This document shows positions 33,769 to 42,462 of a stretch of 49,484 nt of DNA, piece after piece; within the stretch, counting starts at the first letter, position 1, and every line of letters begins with the position of its first letter. The stretch spans positions 1 to 49,484 of the forward strand of contig JACZYV010000002.1 of assembly GCA_022570905.1 (NCBI GenBank). Direction: 5' to 3'. This DNA is from Chloroflexota bacterium (GTDB lineage: Bacteria; Chloroflexota; Dehalococcoidia; Lucifugimonadales; UBA3495). Under the pieces are notes generated by a model, which worked only from the letters and a program-made list of their open reading frames with translations, searched no databases and had not been told where the DNA came from. The position numbers and the translations under genes were made by a program.

Positions 33769-34769
33769 CCACTATAGAATCGCCCGCCCCTACCACCCAG
33801 CGCGGACAGGTATTGCTCGAAGCCAAAAACCTGAAGAAATACTTCCCGGTGACCAAGGGATTGTTGATCTCTAGAATTACCGGCTACATCAAAGCAGTGG
33901 ACGACATCTCCTTCGAGCTACGCGCCGGTGAAACCCTGGGAGTCGTTGGCGAGTCCGGCTGTGGCAAAAGCACCACCGCAAAGATGATGCTGATGCTTGA
34001 GGAGCCCACCGAGGGCAGCATCCTCTTCGAGGGCCAGGACGTCCACCATACCTCGTCCGCCGTTAGAAAGTCGTACCGGAGTTCGGTGCAAGCGGTATTC
34101 CAGGACCCGTGGAGTTCGCTGAACCCCCGCATGCGGGTCAAGGACATCATCGCCGAGCCAATGGTCATCAACTGGGACATCACCCGGGCCGAACAGCAAG
34201 AGCGCGTGATAAAACTGTTGAATGACGTCGGCTTGAACGAATACCACCGCAACCTCTTTCCCCATGAGTTCTCCGGTGGGCAACGCCAAAGGCTGGCCAT
34301 CGCCCGGGCGCTGGCTTTGAACCCCCGGGTCATCGTGCTGGACGAGCCGGTGTCGGCTCTGGACGTTTCCATCCGGGCCCAGATCATGAACCTGCTGAAA
34401 GACCTGCAGGCCGAGTACAACGTAGCCTACATGCTGATCGCCCACGACCTGGCCACGGTCCGCTACATGTGCACCTGGGTGGCGGTCATGTACCTGGGGC
34501 AGATCGTGGAGCTCTCCCCGGTGAAGGAGCTGTTTACCAATCCGTCCCACCCGTACACCAAGGCCCTGATGTCGGCGGCGTTGCCCTCCCATCCCGACAT
34601 GGAACAGGAGGAGATAATCCTCCAGGGCGAGGTCCCCTCGCCGCTGAATCCACCGTCGGGTTGCTACTTCCACCCCCGTTGCCCCGCCGCCATGGACCGT
34701 TGCTCCGTGGAAAAGCCCGAGACTAAAGAGATCTCGCCTGGGCACTCACTTAGTTGCCACCTGTTCTAA
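33765..34769 (+). CDS. ABC transporter ATP-binding protein (DppF/OppF-like)
   Basis: [49 protein letters not shown] 33765 overlaps the upstream TGA (ATGA). Confidence 0.9.
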   Translation: MTTIESPAPTTQRGQVLLEAKNLKKYFPVTKGLLISRITGYIKAVDDISFELRAGETLGVVGESGCGKSTTAKMMLMLEEPTEGSILFEGQDVHHTSSAVRKSYRSSVQAVFQDPWSSLNPRMRVKDIIAEPMVINWDITRAEQQERVIKLLNDVGLNEYHRNLFPHEFSGGQRQRLAIARALALNPRVIVLDEPVSALDVSIRAQIMNLLKDLQAEYNVAYMLIAHDLATVRYMCTWVAVMYLGQIVELSPVKELFTNPSHPYTKALMSAALPSHPDMEQEEIILQGEVPSPLNPPSGCYFHPRCPAAMDRCSVEKPETKEISPGHSLSCHLF

Positions 34770-34798
34770 AGTTCCCGATACCAAGATAGGGACCTAAG

Positions 34799-34834
34799 AA
34801 AACCGGGAGGCTAAGCCTCCCGGTTTTCTATTTT
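34799..34834 (+). terminator. Strong intrinsic terminator ending the importer operon
   Basis: AAAACCGGGAGGC taa GCCTCCCGGTTTT ctaTTTT. Confidence 0.85.
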
Positions 34835-34906
34835 CAGCCAAGCGGGTGCTAAGATCTTCACCTATGCCGGACCGGTAACCAATTCCGTCCTCAACGAATA
34901 AAAACC

Positions 34907-35704
34907 GTGCCTAAACCCAACGTTAATAAAAGGGCCCCCAGGACCAAGAGCAAGGCCGATATCGCCCGGACCATCGAGATGATGACCGCGCAATACGGCC
35001 CATTCTCCCAGGAACCACGCCTGCCGCCCACCGACGAGATGGTCTTCACCATCCTTTCCCAGCACACCTCCGACATCAACTCCAGCCGGGCGTACCGCCG
35101 CCTGATGGACCGCTTCGTCACCCTGGAAGAGGTGGCCTCAGCCGAGATAACGGACATAGAAATGGCCATTGCCCCCGGAGGACTGGCCAAGATCAAGGCC
35201 CCCCGCATCAAAGAAGTCTTGAAACGGGTCCTGGAGCTGAACGGTTCGCTAGACCTGTCGTTCCTGCGGGAGATGCCCTTGAACGATGCCAAGGCCTGGC
35301 TCCGGCAGCTACCCGGCATCGGCCCAAAGTCGGCCGGAATCGTGCTAAGCTTTTCCCTGGGCATGCCGGCCATGGCGGTAGACACCCACATCTACCGGGT
35401 GTGCCAACGCCTGGGGGTCATCGGCCCCAAAGTGAGCGTGGACAAGGCCCACGATATACTGGAGGACAAGGTCGATCCTGGAGAAGTATTCAACTTCCAC
35501 ATCTCGTACATCAATCACGGCCGCCAGGTGTGCCGGGCCCAACGGCCCTTATGTCCCGAGTGCGTGGTTGGGGGGCTCTGTCCCTCTCGAAAGAAGTTCA
35601 TGAGCAAGGCGGACCTAGCCACATTGGCCGCCCAAGAAGAACAAACTTTGGCCGGAACGGGCGGGGCGCCCACGCCCCACGTTCCCCAATCTGAAACCCC
35701 GTAA
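34907..35704 (+). CDS. Endonuclease III-like HhH-GPD DNA glycosylase with a 4Fe-4S cluster loop
   Basis: ILSQHTSD, LPGIGPKSA helix-hairpin-helix, VDTH, and the Cys cluster CRAQRPLCPECVVGGLC. Confidence 0.8.
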   Translation: MPKPNVNKRAPRTKSKADIARTIEMMTAQYGPFSQEPRLPPTDEMVFTILSQHTSDINSSRAYRRLMDRFVTLEEVASAEITDIEMAIAPGGLAKIKAPRIKEVLKRVLELNGSLDLSFLREMPLNDAKAWLRQLPGIGPKSAGIVLSFSLGMPAMAVDTHIYRVCQRLGVIGPKVSVDKAHDILEDKVDPGEVFNFHISYINHGRQVCRAQRPLCPECVVGGLCPSRKKFMSKADLATLAAQEEQTLAGTGGAPTPHVPQSETP

Positions 35705-35720
35705 ACGAAGGGTAAGCGAC

Positions 35721-36752
35721 ATGAAAGTAGGGATCATCAACATCACCGGTTACGCAGGAAGCGAGTTGGCCCGCATCCTGTACCGTCACCCTGAGGTGGA
35801 AGTAACCTCGGTCACGGGCAGAAGCGCCGCCGGGCAGAAGTTGCACGAGGTGTTCCCCCACCTGACCGCCATAGACCTGACCATTGAGCCGGAACTGAGC
35901 GGCAGTCTGGACCTGGTGTTCTCGGCCCTGCCCCACAAAGCCAGCGCTGAGGCCTGCATTCCGGTGCTGGAACAGGGTGTGAAGGTCATCGACATCAGCG
36001 CCGATTTCCGCTTGAAACAGGCCGATGAGTATGAGGAATGGTACGGGGTGGCCCACCCGGACCCCACCTACCTTGAGGAGGCCGTCTACGGCCTAACCGA
36101 ACTGCACCGCGAGGACGTTAAGAATTCCCGCCTGGTCGCCAACCCTGGCTGCTACCCCACCAGCGCCATCTTGGGCCTGGCCCCGGCGGTGGCCGCGGGG
36201 GTCATCACTCAAGACATCATCGTCGACGCCAAATCGGGGGTGTCGGGCGGCGGCCGGAGCCTGAACATGACCAACCATTTCTCGGAGGTGAACGAGAACG
36301 TCTTCGCCTACGCGCTGGAAGGCCACCGGCACTTGCCTGAGATAACCCAGGAACTGACTCCACTGGCCAAGAAACCGCTCAATCTGACTTTCTTGACCCA
36401 CCTGGTTCCCATGACCCGGGGCATATTAAGTTCCTGCTACGCAACCCTGACCGAGCCGGATAGATGGGCCGGTGACGAAGGTCATGAAAAGATGCTGGAC
36501 CTGTACCGGGATTACTATGCAGACGACCCGTTCGTGCGGGTGGTGCCCATTCCTCCCCAAACCAAACAGACCTTGGGCAACAACCTGTGCCTGGTCCACC
36601 CTGCCATCGACCAACGCACGGGACGATTGATCGTCATAAGTTGCTTGGACAACCTGGTGAAGGGGGCCGCCGGGCAGGCCGTGCAGAACATGAACGTGAT
36701 GTGCGGATTCCCGGAGGAAACATCCCTGGAGGCGTTGGCGGTATATCCGTAG
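35721..36752 (+). CDS. argC: N-acetyl-gamma-glutamyl-phosphate reductase
   Basis: MKVGIINITGYAGSEL, the NPGCYPTS active-site Cys motif, DNLVKGAAGQAVQNMN. Confidence 0.9.
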   Translation: MKVGIINITGYAGSELARILYRHPEVEVTSVTGRSAAGQKLHEVFPHLTAIDLTIEPELSGSLDLVFSALPHKASAEACIPVLEQGVKVIDISADFRLKQADEYEEWYGVAHPDPTYLEEAVYGLTELHREDVKNSRLVANPGCYPTSAILGLAPAVAAGVITQDIIVDAKSGVSGGGRSLNMTNHFSEVNENVFAYALEGHRHLPEITQELTPLAKKPLNLTFLTHLVPMTRGILSSCYATLTEPDRWAGDEGHEKMLDLYRDYYADDPFVRVVPIPPQTKQTLGNNLCLVHPAIDQRTGRLIVISCLDNLVKGAAGQAVQNMNVMCGFPEETSLEALAVYP

Positions 36753-36755
36753 CCC

Positions 36756-36790
36756 AGCAGCTTTCAGCCGACAGCTATCAGCTATCAGCC
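36756..36790. repeat. Heptamer tandem tract (CAGCAGC TTTCAGC CGACAGC TATCAGC TATCAGC)
   Basis: Read directly. It shares the TATCAGC/GATCAGC unit with the hairpin at 12844-12895. Confidence 0.7.
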
Positions 36791-36853
36791 AAGCCTGATT
36801 TATACCGTCACGCTTCTACCAATAGGATCGGCGCTATAGTAGAATATGCCTGT

Positions 36854-36931
36854 GCCCCGGTCGTCTAGCCCGGTTAGGACGCCACCCTTTCAAGGTGGAG
36901 ATCATGGGATCGAAGCCCATCCGGGGTACCA
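36854..36931 (+). tRNA. tRNA-Glu (anticodon UUC), CCA encoded
   Basis: Cloverleaf read by eye: acceptor GCCCCGG/CCGGGGT (G1-U72 wobble), D arm GTCTAGCCCGGTTAGGAC, anticodon arm CCACC-CTTTCAA-GGTGG, T arm ATGGG-ATCGAAG-CCCAT, then ACCA. Confidence 0.85.
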
Positions 36932-36947
36932 AAACAGGTAAAAAAGG

Positions 36948-36977
36948 AACCCCGCGGTTTGTGCCGCGGGGTTTTTT
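36948..36977. terminator. Intrinsic terminator after tRNA-Glu, possibly bidirectional
   Basis: AACCCCGCGG tttgtg CCGCGGGGTT TTTT. An A5 run lies on the 5' side, facing the convergent tlpA-like gene. Confidence 0.75.
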
Positions 36978-37036
36978 GATTCTGGAGGAATTCGCATGAC
37001 CCGGCAAGCGTTCGCGCACCGGATGTGGAGGGCCCG

Positions 37037-37681
37037 TTAGCCCCCGCGATCCGCTCCCACTGACGCCTCGGCCGCCAGAAGTTCCCGGGTTGCCCGAGCC
37101 AGGAAGCTGGCGTCGATGGCGCCCGCTTTTTTCTCGAAGATCTTGCCATCGGAGGTAATGAACACGGTGGTTGGCATGGCCGTTACGCCGTATTTTCGAG
37201 GCACGCTGCCGTCATCGGTCCAGCCTGCCGGATAAGTCACGCCCAACTCCCGCAGCAGGGATTCGGCGTCGCTACGGGAGCCCAGACCGGTGAAGATCCC
37301 GATGTCGATGCCCAACAGCATGATATCGTCCTTGAACTCCTCGTAGAACACTTGGAACTGGGGCATCTCGGCCCGGCATGGCGGGCACAATCCGGCCCAA
37401 AAATTCAGCACCAAGGGTTGACCCTTGAGACTGGCCAGGTTGCCTTCGCGGAAGCCTATCTCATCGATTCCCTGGAACAGACTGAACTCGAAGTTAGGAG
37501 CGTCAGAACCCTCACCGCTGCTGCCGCTGCTTGAGGCCACCGCGAACACGATGACCGCCACGACGGCGATCGAAGCCAACGTTCCCAGCCCGTAACTGAT
37601 GAATTTCTTCTGCTGTTTCCGTGCGCCCTGCCGGGCCCCGGCTGAGACACGGCCGCGCTTTCTGCTTCTACGATTGGCCAA
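37037..37681 (-). CDS. TlpA/ResA-like membrane-anchored thiol-disulfide oxidoreductase (thioredoxin fold)
   Basis: NFWAGLCPPCRAEMP CxxC motif and an N-terminal basic segment plus TM anchor. TTG start with AAGGAGG 7 nt upstream. Confidence 0.8.
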   Translation of the reverse strand: MANRRSRKRGRVSAGARQGARKQQKKFISYGLGTLASIAVVAVIVFAVASSSGSSGEGSDAPNFEFSLFQGIDEIGFREGNLASLKGQPLVLNFWAGLCPPCRAEMPQFQVFYEEFKDDIMLLGIDIGIFTGLGSRSDAESLLRELGVTYPAGWTDDGSVPRKYGVTAMPTTVFITSDGKIFEKKAGAIDASFLARATRELLAAEASVGADRGG

Positions 37682-37749
37682 TTCCGGACCTCCTTAAACG
37701 TGAACGGACCGTGGACGGACATTGATGTGATGCCGTCAATCGCTGGGAG

Positions 37750-38490
37750 GTGCGGCTATGGCCCCCTTGCCCAGCTCAGGTTATGGTTTCTGGCGCGCCG
37801 GTTCTTGTCCCTATTCCGGCCACCGTGCTATCATTGCCTCAGCCTCGAATCACGGCCCAAACCGGTCTAAACCAAAGGCCGGAGCCCCTTCCCCAGGCTC
37901 GAGATCTGCATTTGAACAACCAGCAAGACCGTCAGGTCTATCTATCCGTGGACGATCCCTTCACCGGTAGTATTCTCAGCGATATCCTGGGAAATCTTAC
38001 GGGCGCATCCCCGAGACCATCTGTTGAAGATTGGCTGATGGGAATAGCGCAAGCAGCCCTGGATGTGGCGCTGGACGGTACAGAGGCGTCGCAGATCAGC
38101 CTGCTTATCACCAACGACGACACGGTTCACGGCCTGAATGCCCGGTTTCGAGGACTGGACGAGGTGACTGACGTGCTGTCTTTCTCCCCGGACTACCCCG
38201 GCCACTGGGAAGGCGAAGGGGGACCGCCCCGGGATCTGATCGGAACCGGCGGCTTCGATTTCGTCTTGCCGCCCGGCGAGCCTTCTCCCCTGGGAGAAGT
38301 GATTGTGTCCTACCCCCAGGCGAAACGTCAGGCGGAAGAGCGGGGCGCGCCCCTTGAACATGAGTTGGCCCTTCTGGTAGTACATGGGGTGCTGCATCTC
38401 ACTGGACACGACCATGTGGGACCTGAAGAAACGGCGCTGATGCAGTCCAAGGAGCGCACAGCTCTGGCAAAACTGAACATTTCAGAGTAA
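37750..38490 (+). CDS. ybeY: rRNA maturation endoribonuclease YbeY (5' end probably shorter than the ORF)
   Basis: TDVLSF and the zinc motif HGVLHLTGHDH. The true start is probably between 37912 and 38038, because the upstream part is Pro-rich and non-homologous-looking. Confidence 0.8.
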   Translation: MRLWPPCPAQVMVSGAPVLVPIPATVLSLPQPRITAQTGLNQRPEPLPQARDLHLNNQQDRQVYLSVDDPFTGSILSDILGNLTGASPRPSVEDWLMGIAQAALDVALDGTEASQISLLITNDDTVHGLNARFRGLDEVTDVLSFSPDYPGHWEGEGGPPRDLIGTGGFDFVLPPGEPSPLGEVIVSYPQAKRQAEERGAPLEHELALLVVHGVLHLTGHDHVGPEETALMQSKERTALAKLNISE

Positions 38491-38554
38491 ATCCCAGAAT
38501 AAAACCGTCGGGGACAGAACAGACGGCAAGAAACACGATGGAGACACGCCAATC

Positions 38555-40255
38555 ATGACCGGCCAGGCCATAAACGAACCTGCCTCCCCCGCCCAGGTCT
38601 TCTACCGCAAGTGGCGGCCTTCCAGCTTCAGCCAACTGGTGGGGCAGGACCACGTCTCCAGCACACTGCGCCAGTCCATCAAGCAGGGGCGGGTCTCCCA
38701 CTCCTACCTGTTCTGCGGTCCCAGAGGCAGCGGCAAGACCACCACCGCCCGGATCATAGCCAAAGCGGTGAACTGCCTCGATACCCAGGACGGCGACCCC
38801 TGCAACGCCTGCGCCAACTGCGTGTCGATCAACCGCGGCCAGTTCATGGACATCATCGAACTGGACGCCGCCAGCAACCGGGGCATCGACGAGATACGCG
38901 ATATTCGGGAGAAGGTGAACTTCGCCCCCGCCCAGGGAATGCGCAAGGTCTACATCATCGACGAAGCCCACATGCTGACCGACGCGGCCTCCAATGCCTT
39001 CTTAAAGACACTGGAAGAGCCGCCTCCCCACGTCATCTTCATCCTGTGCACCACCGAAGTCCACAAGATCCTGCCGACCATCATCTCCAGATGCCAGCGG
39101 TTCGACTTCCGCCGCATCGCCTCAGATTTGATCTACGGCCGCCTGGCCGACATCGCCGAAGCCGAAGGCGTCAGTGTCGAGCCGGAGGCGCTGCGGTTGG
39201 TGGCCCGCCACTCCGCCGGCAGCCTGCGGGACGCCGAAAACCTGCTGGAACAACTGGTGGTATCTTCCCCCGAAGGCGCCGGCGGCGTCACGTTGAAGCA
39301 GGTAGAAGAACTTTTGGGCCTGGACAACGGAGAAAGTTCTCTGGAATTGGTCAAATACCTGCTCATGGGTAATACGTCGGCCGCGCTGTCGGCGGTGAAC
39401 CGGGCCGTCTGGGGGGGCACCGACCTACGTCAACTGCACAAACAGACCATAGAGTTGCTTAGAGCCGTGATGCACCTGCAATGGGGCTCAGAAGACGCTG
39501 TGGACCTTTCTGAAGATGTTACCGCCCAACTCAGGGAGTTGTTGGGCAACATGCCGTCGTGGCGCGTAGTCAGAGGGCTGAAGATTTGGGGGGACGTCAA
39601 TATGCGCTATGACGCGCCGTCCACACTTCCCTTGGAGTTGGCGGTGGTGGAGATCTGCGAAGACACCGCCCCTCCGGCAACACAGCCCGCTCCGGCCGCG
39701 CCGCCCGCCCGGACCGCAGCCCCGGCCCAAGCAAGCCGCGCCCCTAGTGGGAACGCCCCCGCCCAGTCTCCGGCACGGCGCCGTGCTCCAGATGAGCCAC
39801 GCCCAGCCGCGGCAAGACCCGCAGCCAGCGCTCCAGCACAACCCACCAGCCAACGCCGGCCGGCCCCGGACCCCGGACCCATCTCCGAGCTTGGCGCACA
39901 ATGGCTGGCGGCCGTCAAAGTGCTTAACCGTCAAAAGGGCAAGAAATATAACCTGGGAGCCCTGCTTCGCGACTGCAAGGCCAACGCAGTCTCTCTGGAG
40001 GGCAACACCCTGGTGTTGGGCTTCTCCAACAAAGCCAACCTGGAACGGATGCAAGAAGAGATGGATGACCCTGGGTCCCGCCGTCAGGTGAGCGAGGCCG
40101 TTACCGCCTCGTTTGGGGCGACCTATGAGTTCCGGCTCACCATGGCCAACGGAAGCGGGGCCACCGCCAACACGGTGAAAACCGCGCAACAGAGTTCCCT
40201 GGTCCGCACGGCCCTGGGTATGGGCGCCAGGGTCCTAGAGGAGATCGAAGAATGA
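38555..40255 (+). CDS. dnaX: DNA polymerase III subunit gamma/tau
   Basis: YRKWRP, GPRGSGKTT, the zinc module CLDTQDGDPCNACANC, IIDEAHML, SRCQRF, and a Pro/Ala-rich linker. Confidence 0.9.
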   Translation: MTGQAINEPASPAQVFYRKWRPSSFSQLVGQDHVSSTLRQSIKQGRVSHSYLFCGPRGSGKTTTARIIAKAVNCLDTQDGDPCNACANCVSINRGQFMDIIELDAASNRGIDEIRDIREKVNFAPAQGMRKVYIIDEAHMLTDAASNAFLKTLEEPPPHVIFILCTTEVHKILPTIISRCQRFDFRRIASDLIYGRLADIAEAEGVSVEPEALRLVARHSAGSLRDAENLLEQLVVSSPEGAGGVTLKQVEELLGLDNGESSLELVKYLLMGNTSAALSAVNRAVWGGTDLRQLHKQTIELLRAVMHLQWGSEDAVDLSEDVTAQLRELLGNMPSWRVVRGLKIWGDVNMRYDAPSTLPLELAVVEICEDTAPPATQPAPAAPPARTAAPAQASRAPSGNAPAQSPARRRAPDEPRPAAARPAASAPAQPTSQRRPAPDPGPISELGAQWLAAVKVLNRQKGKKYNLGALLRDCKANAVSLEGNTLVLGFSNKANLERMQEEMDDPGSRRQVSEAVTASFGATYEFRLTMANGSGATANTVKTAQQSSLVRTALGMGARVLEEIEE

Positions 40256-40551
40256 ACCGAAACATGATGCGTCAGGCGCAGAAGCAACTGGCCCAACTGC
40301 AGAAGATCCAGGAAGAGCTGGAGACTCTCACCGTTGAGGGAAGCGCCGGCGGCGGTGCGGTGAAAGTGGTCATGACCGGCAAACAGATCGTGGAGTCCGT
40401 GACCATCGAGCCCGAGGCTGCCGAAGAAGTGGACCTGCTCCAGGAGATGGTCCTGGCGGCGGTAAACGATGCGTCCACCAAAGCCCAGGAACTGGCCGCC
40501 CAGAAGATGAGCGTGGTCACCGGCGGCATGAACATCCCGGGGCTTTCTTAG
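40252..40551 (+). CDS. ybaB: YbaB/EbfC family nucleoid-associated protein
   Basis: 99 aa reading MMRQAQKQLAQLQKIQEEL...VEGSAGGGAVKVVMTGK. ATGA overlap with the dnaX stop. Confidence 0.9.
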   Translation: MNRNMMRQAQKQLAQLQKIQEELETLTVEGSAGGGAVKVVMTGKQIVESVTIEPEAAEEVDLLQEMVLAAVNDASTKAQELAAQKMSVVTGGMNIPGLS

Positions 40552-40557
40552 TATAAT
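40529..40557 (+). promoter_or_regulatory. Candidate internal promoter (TGAACA-17 nt-TATAAT) at the ybaB 3' end
   Basis: A consensus -10 TATAAT starts 1 nt after the ybaB stop, 25 nt upstream of ATG 40582. Confidence 0.4.
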
Positions 40558-40581
40558 TATTCCAAGCTAGCAGCAAACATC

Positions 40582-41361
40582 ATGACGATCACTTCATTGG
40601 CAAACGAGATTGGACTTCCTTCGCTCAATAAAGCCTTGGTCAAGGGATTTCCTCACGAACATGAGGCTTCCGTTAAGAAGGCGTCGGGCTACATCGCAGA
40701 CCGGATCAGCGAAGACACGATCGTTGCCGAAGACATAGATTCTTTCATCAACGATACTCTTAACCTTCTTCCAAAATCCAAACGGCCAGACGTTTTGGAG
40801 TTTCTATTAGCCAAGAAGGGGATACTTCTCTGCCAGGCAGGCGCCATCGAAAATGGCCTCAAATTCTATGACGAGGCGTTGGCGGTAAAAGAGACACCAT
40901 CCACTTGGGCGCTCAGAGGAACGGCTTTGCTTCAGGTAGACCGCCTAGAGGAGGCATTTGACGCTTTCGGAAAGGCCTTTGATCTACGCCAGGAGTTTGG
41001 GGCCCAGAAACGATCGTACTTAAACGATTTGATCCTCGCTTGGAGCGGCAGCGCACTACTTCGCGGACTCGGCGGAATCCTCGATCAGAACGTCTCAGAA
41101 GCCCAAAAAGGGGTGGAAGAATTCCTCGGCGTTTCCTCCAAAGCCAACGCCGAAGGTCTCGGTACCTCGTTGATGCAACTAGCTGTGGATGAGACTGCTA
41201 CCGCAAACTTGAAAGCCGCTTTAGAAGAACTAGAGCTTATGGTGAGACTTTTATCGATCAAAGACCCATTTGAGGGTTGGCGGGAATTATCCAAGGAGAT
41301 CAGCAAGGTGTGGCCAAAGGGTGTTTCCGCGGTGGACGCTATTCGAGAGCAACGTGATTAG
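40582..41361 (+). CDS. Hypothetical alpha-helical protein with TPR-like repeats; possible PIN partner
   Basis: 259-aa ORF in a lower-GC segment. TPR-like stretch GLKFYDEALAVKETPSTWALRGTALLQVDRLEEAFDAFGKAFDL. The stop abuts the PIN gene start (TAG TTG). Confidence 0.6.
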   Translation: MTITSLANEIGLPSLNKALVKGFPHEHEASVKKASGYIADRISEDTIVAEDIDSFINDTLNLLPKSKRPDVLEFLLAKKGILLCQAGAIENGLKFYDEALAVKETPSTWALRGTALLQVDRLEEAFDAFGKAFDLRQEFGAQKRSYLNDLILAWSGSALLRGLGGILDQNVSEAQKGVEEFLGVSSKANAEGLGTSLMQLAVDETATANLKAALEELELMVRLLSIKDPFEGWRELSKEISKVWPKGVSAVDAIREQRD

Positions 41362-41775
41362 TTGGAATCGATAGTCGTTGATTCAAGCATTATCGTCGCT
41401 TCTTTTTTAGCGAATGAGAAAAACCACCAACATGCGCTGGAATATATCAACGGCCTCGAGCGTGGTGACTACACCTTCCATTTGCCCATGCTGGCGAGCA
41501 TAGAAGTGACATCTGCGATACGGAGACGAGCAACCCGAAATTGGATCGCGCTCGTGTCTACGTGGAATAAAAGTGTGGCGGACTGGGAGCGAGACGATAT
41601 GTTGATTATGTATCCGCTTGACCGAGACCGCATGAATAAAGCATCGGATATCGCGGCACGATACGGGTTTAGAGCCCAAGACTGTATTTTTGCAGAACTC
41701 GCACTGGAGTTAAACGTCCCGTTCAAGACCTTCGACAAAGAACTCTTGGAGCGGTTCCCCACGGCTTCAGAATGA
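41362..41775 (+). CDS. PIN-domain protein (VapC-like ribonuclease)
   Basis: Acidic tetrad candidates are D7 (VVDSS), E48 (SIEVTS), D107 (AQDCIF) and D126 (TFDKE), at ~137 aa. TTG start. The stop overlaps the recR ATG (ATGA). Confidence 0.7.
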   Translation: MESIVVDSSIIVASFLANEKNHQHALEYINGLERGDYTFHLPMLASIEVTSAIRRRATRNWIALVSTWNKSVADWERDDMLIMYPLDRDRMNKASDIAARYGFRAQDCIFAELALELNVPFKTFDKELLERFPTASE

Positions 41776-42386
41776 CTCAAGAAAACATCTCCGGAGCAGC
41801 CCCTTCCTTGGCCCGGCTGGTGCAGGAACTGAACCGGCTGCCGGGCATTGGCCCCAAAAGCGCCCAGCGCCTGGCGTACTACATCATTCGGCTGCCCGAC
41901 GAAGACGCCTACGCCCTGGCCGACGCCGTGACCTCCGTCAAGCAGAATATCGTCTTTTGTGAGGAGTGCCAGAACCTGACCGACGCCTCACCATGCCAGA
42001 TCTGCTCCGACCCCCGCCGGGACCGGACCATGCTCTGCGTGGTTGAGGACCCCCTGGATGTCCTGGCCATGGAACGCACCCGGAGCTTCCGCGGCCTGTA
42101 CCATGTGCTCCATGGCGTCATCTCGCCGATCAACGGAGTCGGGCCCGACCAGTTGAAGCTGAAGGAACTATTCACCCGTCTGGCCCTGCCGGAGGTGACC
42201 GAGTTGGTCGTGGCCACCAACCCTACTCTAGAAGGCGAGGCGACGGCCATGTACATCCGCCGCCATCAGGGCCGGGACGACCTGCGGATCACCCACCTTG
42301 CCAGAGGGCTGCCCGTGGGAGGATCATTGGAATATTCCGACGAGACCACGTTGACGCGAGCATTTCAGGGCAGGCAGGAACTCTAA
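41772..42386 (+). CDS. recR: Recombination protein RecR
   Basis: LPGIGPKSAQRLAYY HhH motif, zinc finger CEECQNLTDASPCQIC, and Toprim (VVEDPLDVLAME...ATNPTLEGEATA). Confidence 0.92.
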   Translation: MTQENISGAAPSLARLVQELNRLPGIGPKSAQRLAYYIIRLPDEDAYALADAVTSVKQNIVFCEECQNLTDASPCQICSDPRRDRTMLCVVEDPLDVLAMERTRSFRGLYHVLHGVISPINGVGPDQLKLKELFTRLALPEVTELVVATNPTLEGEATAMYIRRHQGRDDLRITHLARGLPVGGSLEYSDETTLTRAFQGRQEL

Positions 42387-42462
42387 TCATGACCAAGTTT
42401 ACCCGGTCGATTCAGGGCCGCCGGAAGATTTAAGCCAAGAGATTCGATCCGGAGCTTCAACC

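Noticed and set aside
36800-37040. Integrated element or prophage boundary next to tRNA-Glu.
   Set aside because: There is no integrase, no direct repeat of the tRNA 3' end and no compositional shift downstream. The flanking genes (argC, tlpA-like, ybeY) are housekeeping.
38555-40255. dnaX programmed frameshift site (A AAA AAG) producing gamma.
   Set aside because: No A-rich heptamer was seen anywhere in the gene. The Pro/Ala-rich linker is GC-rich.
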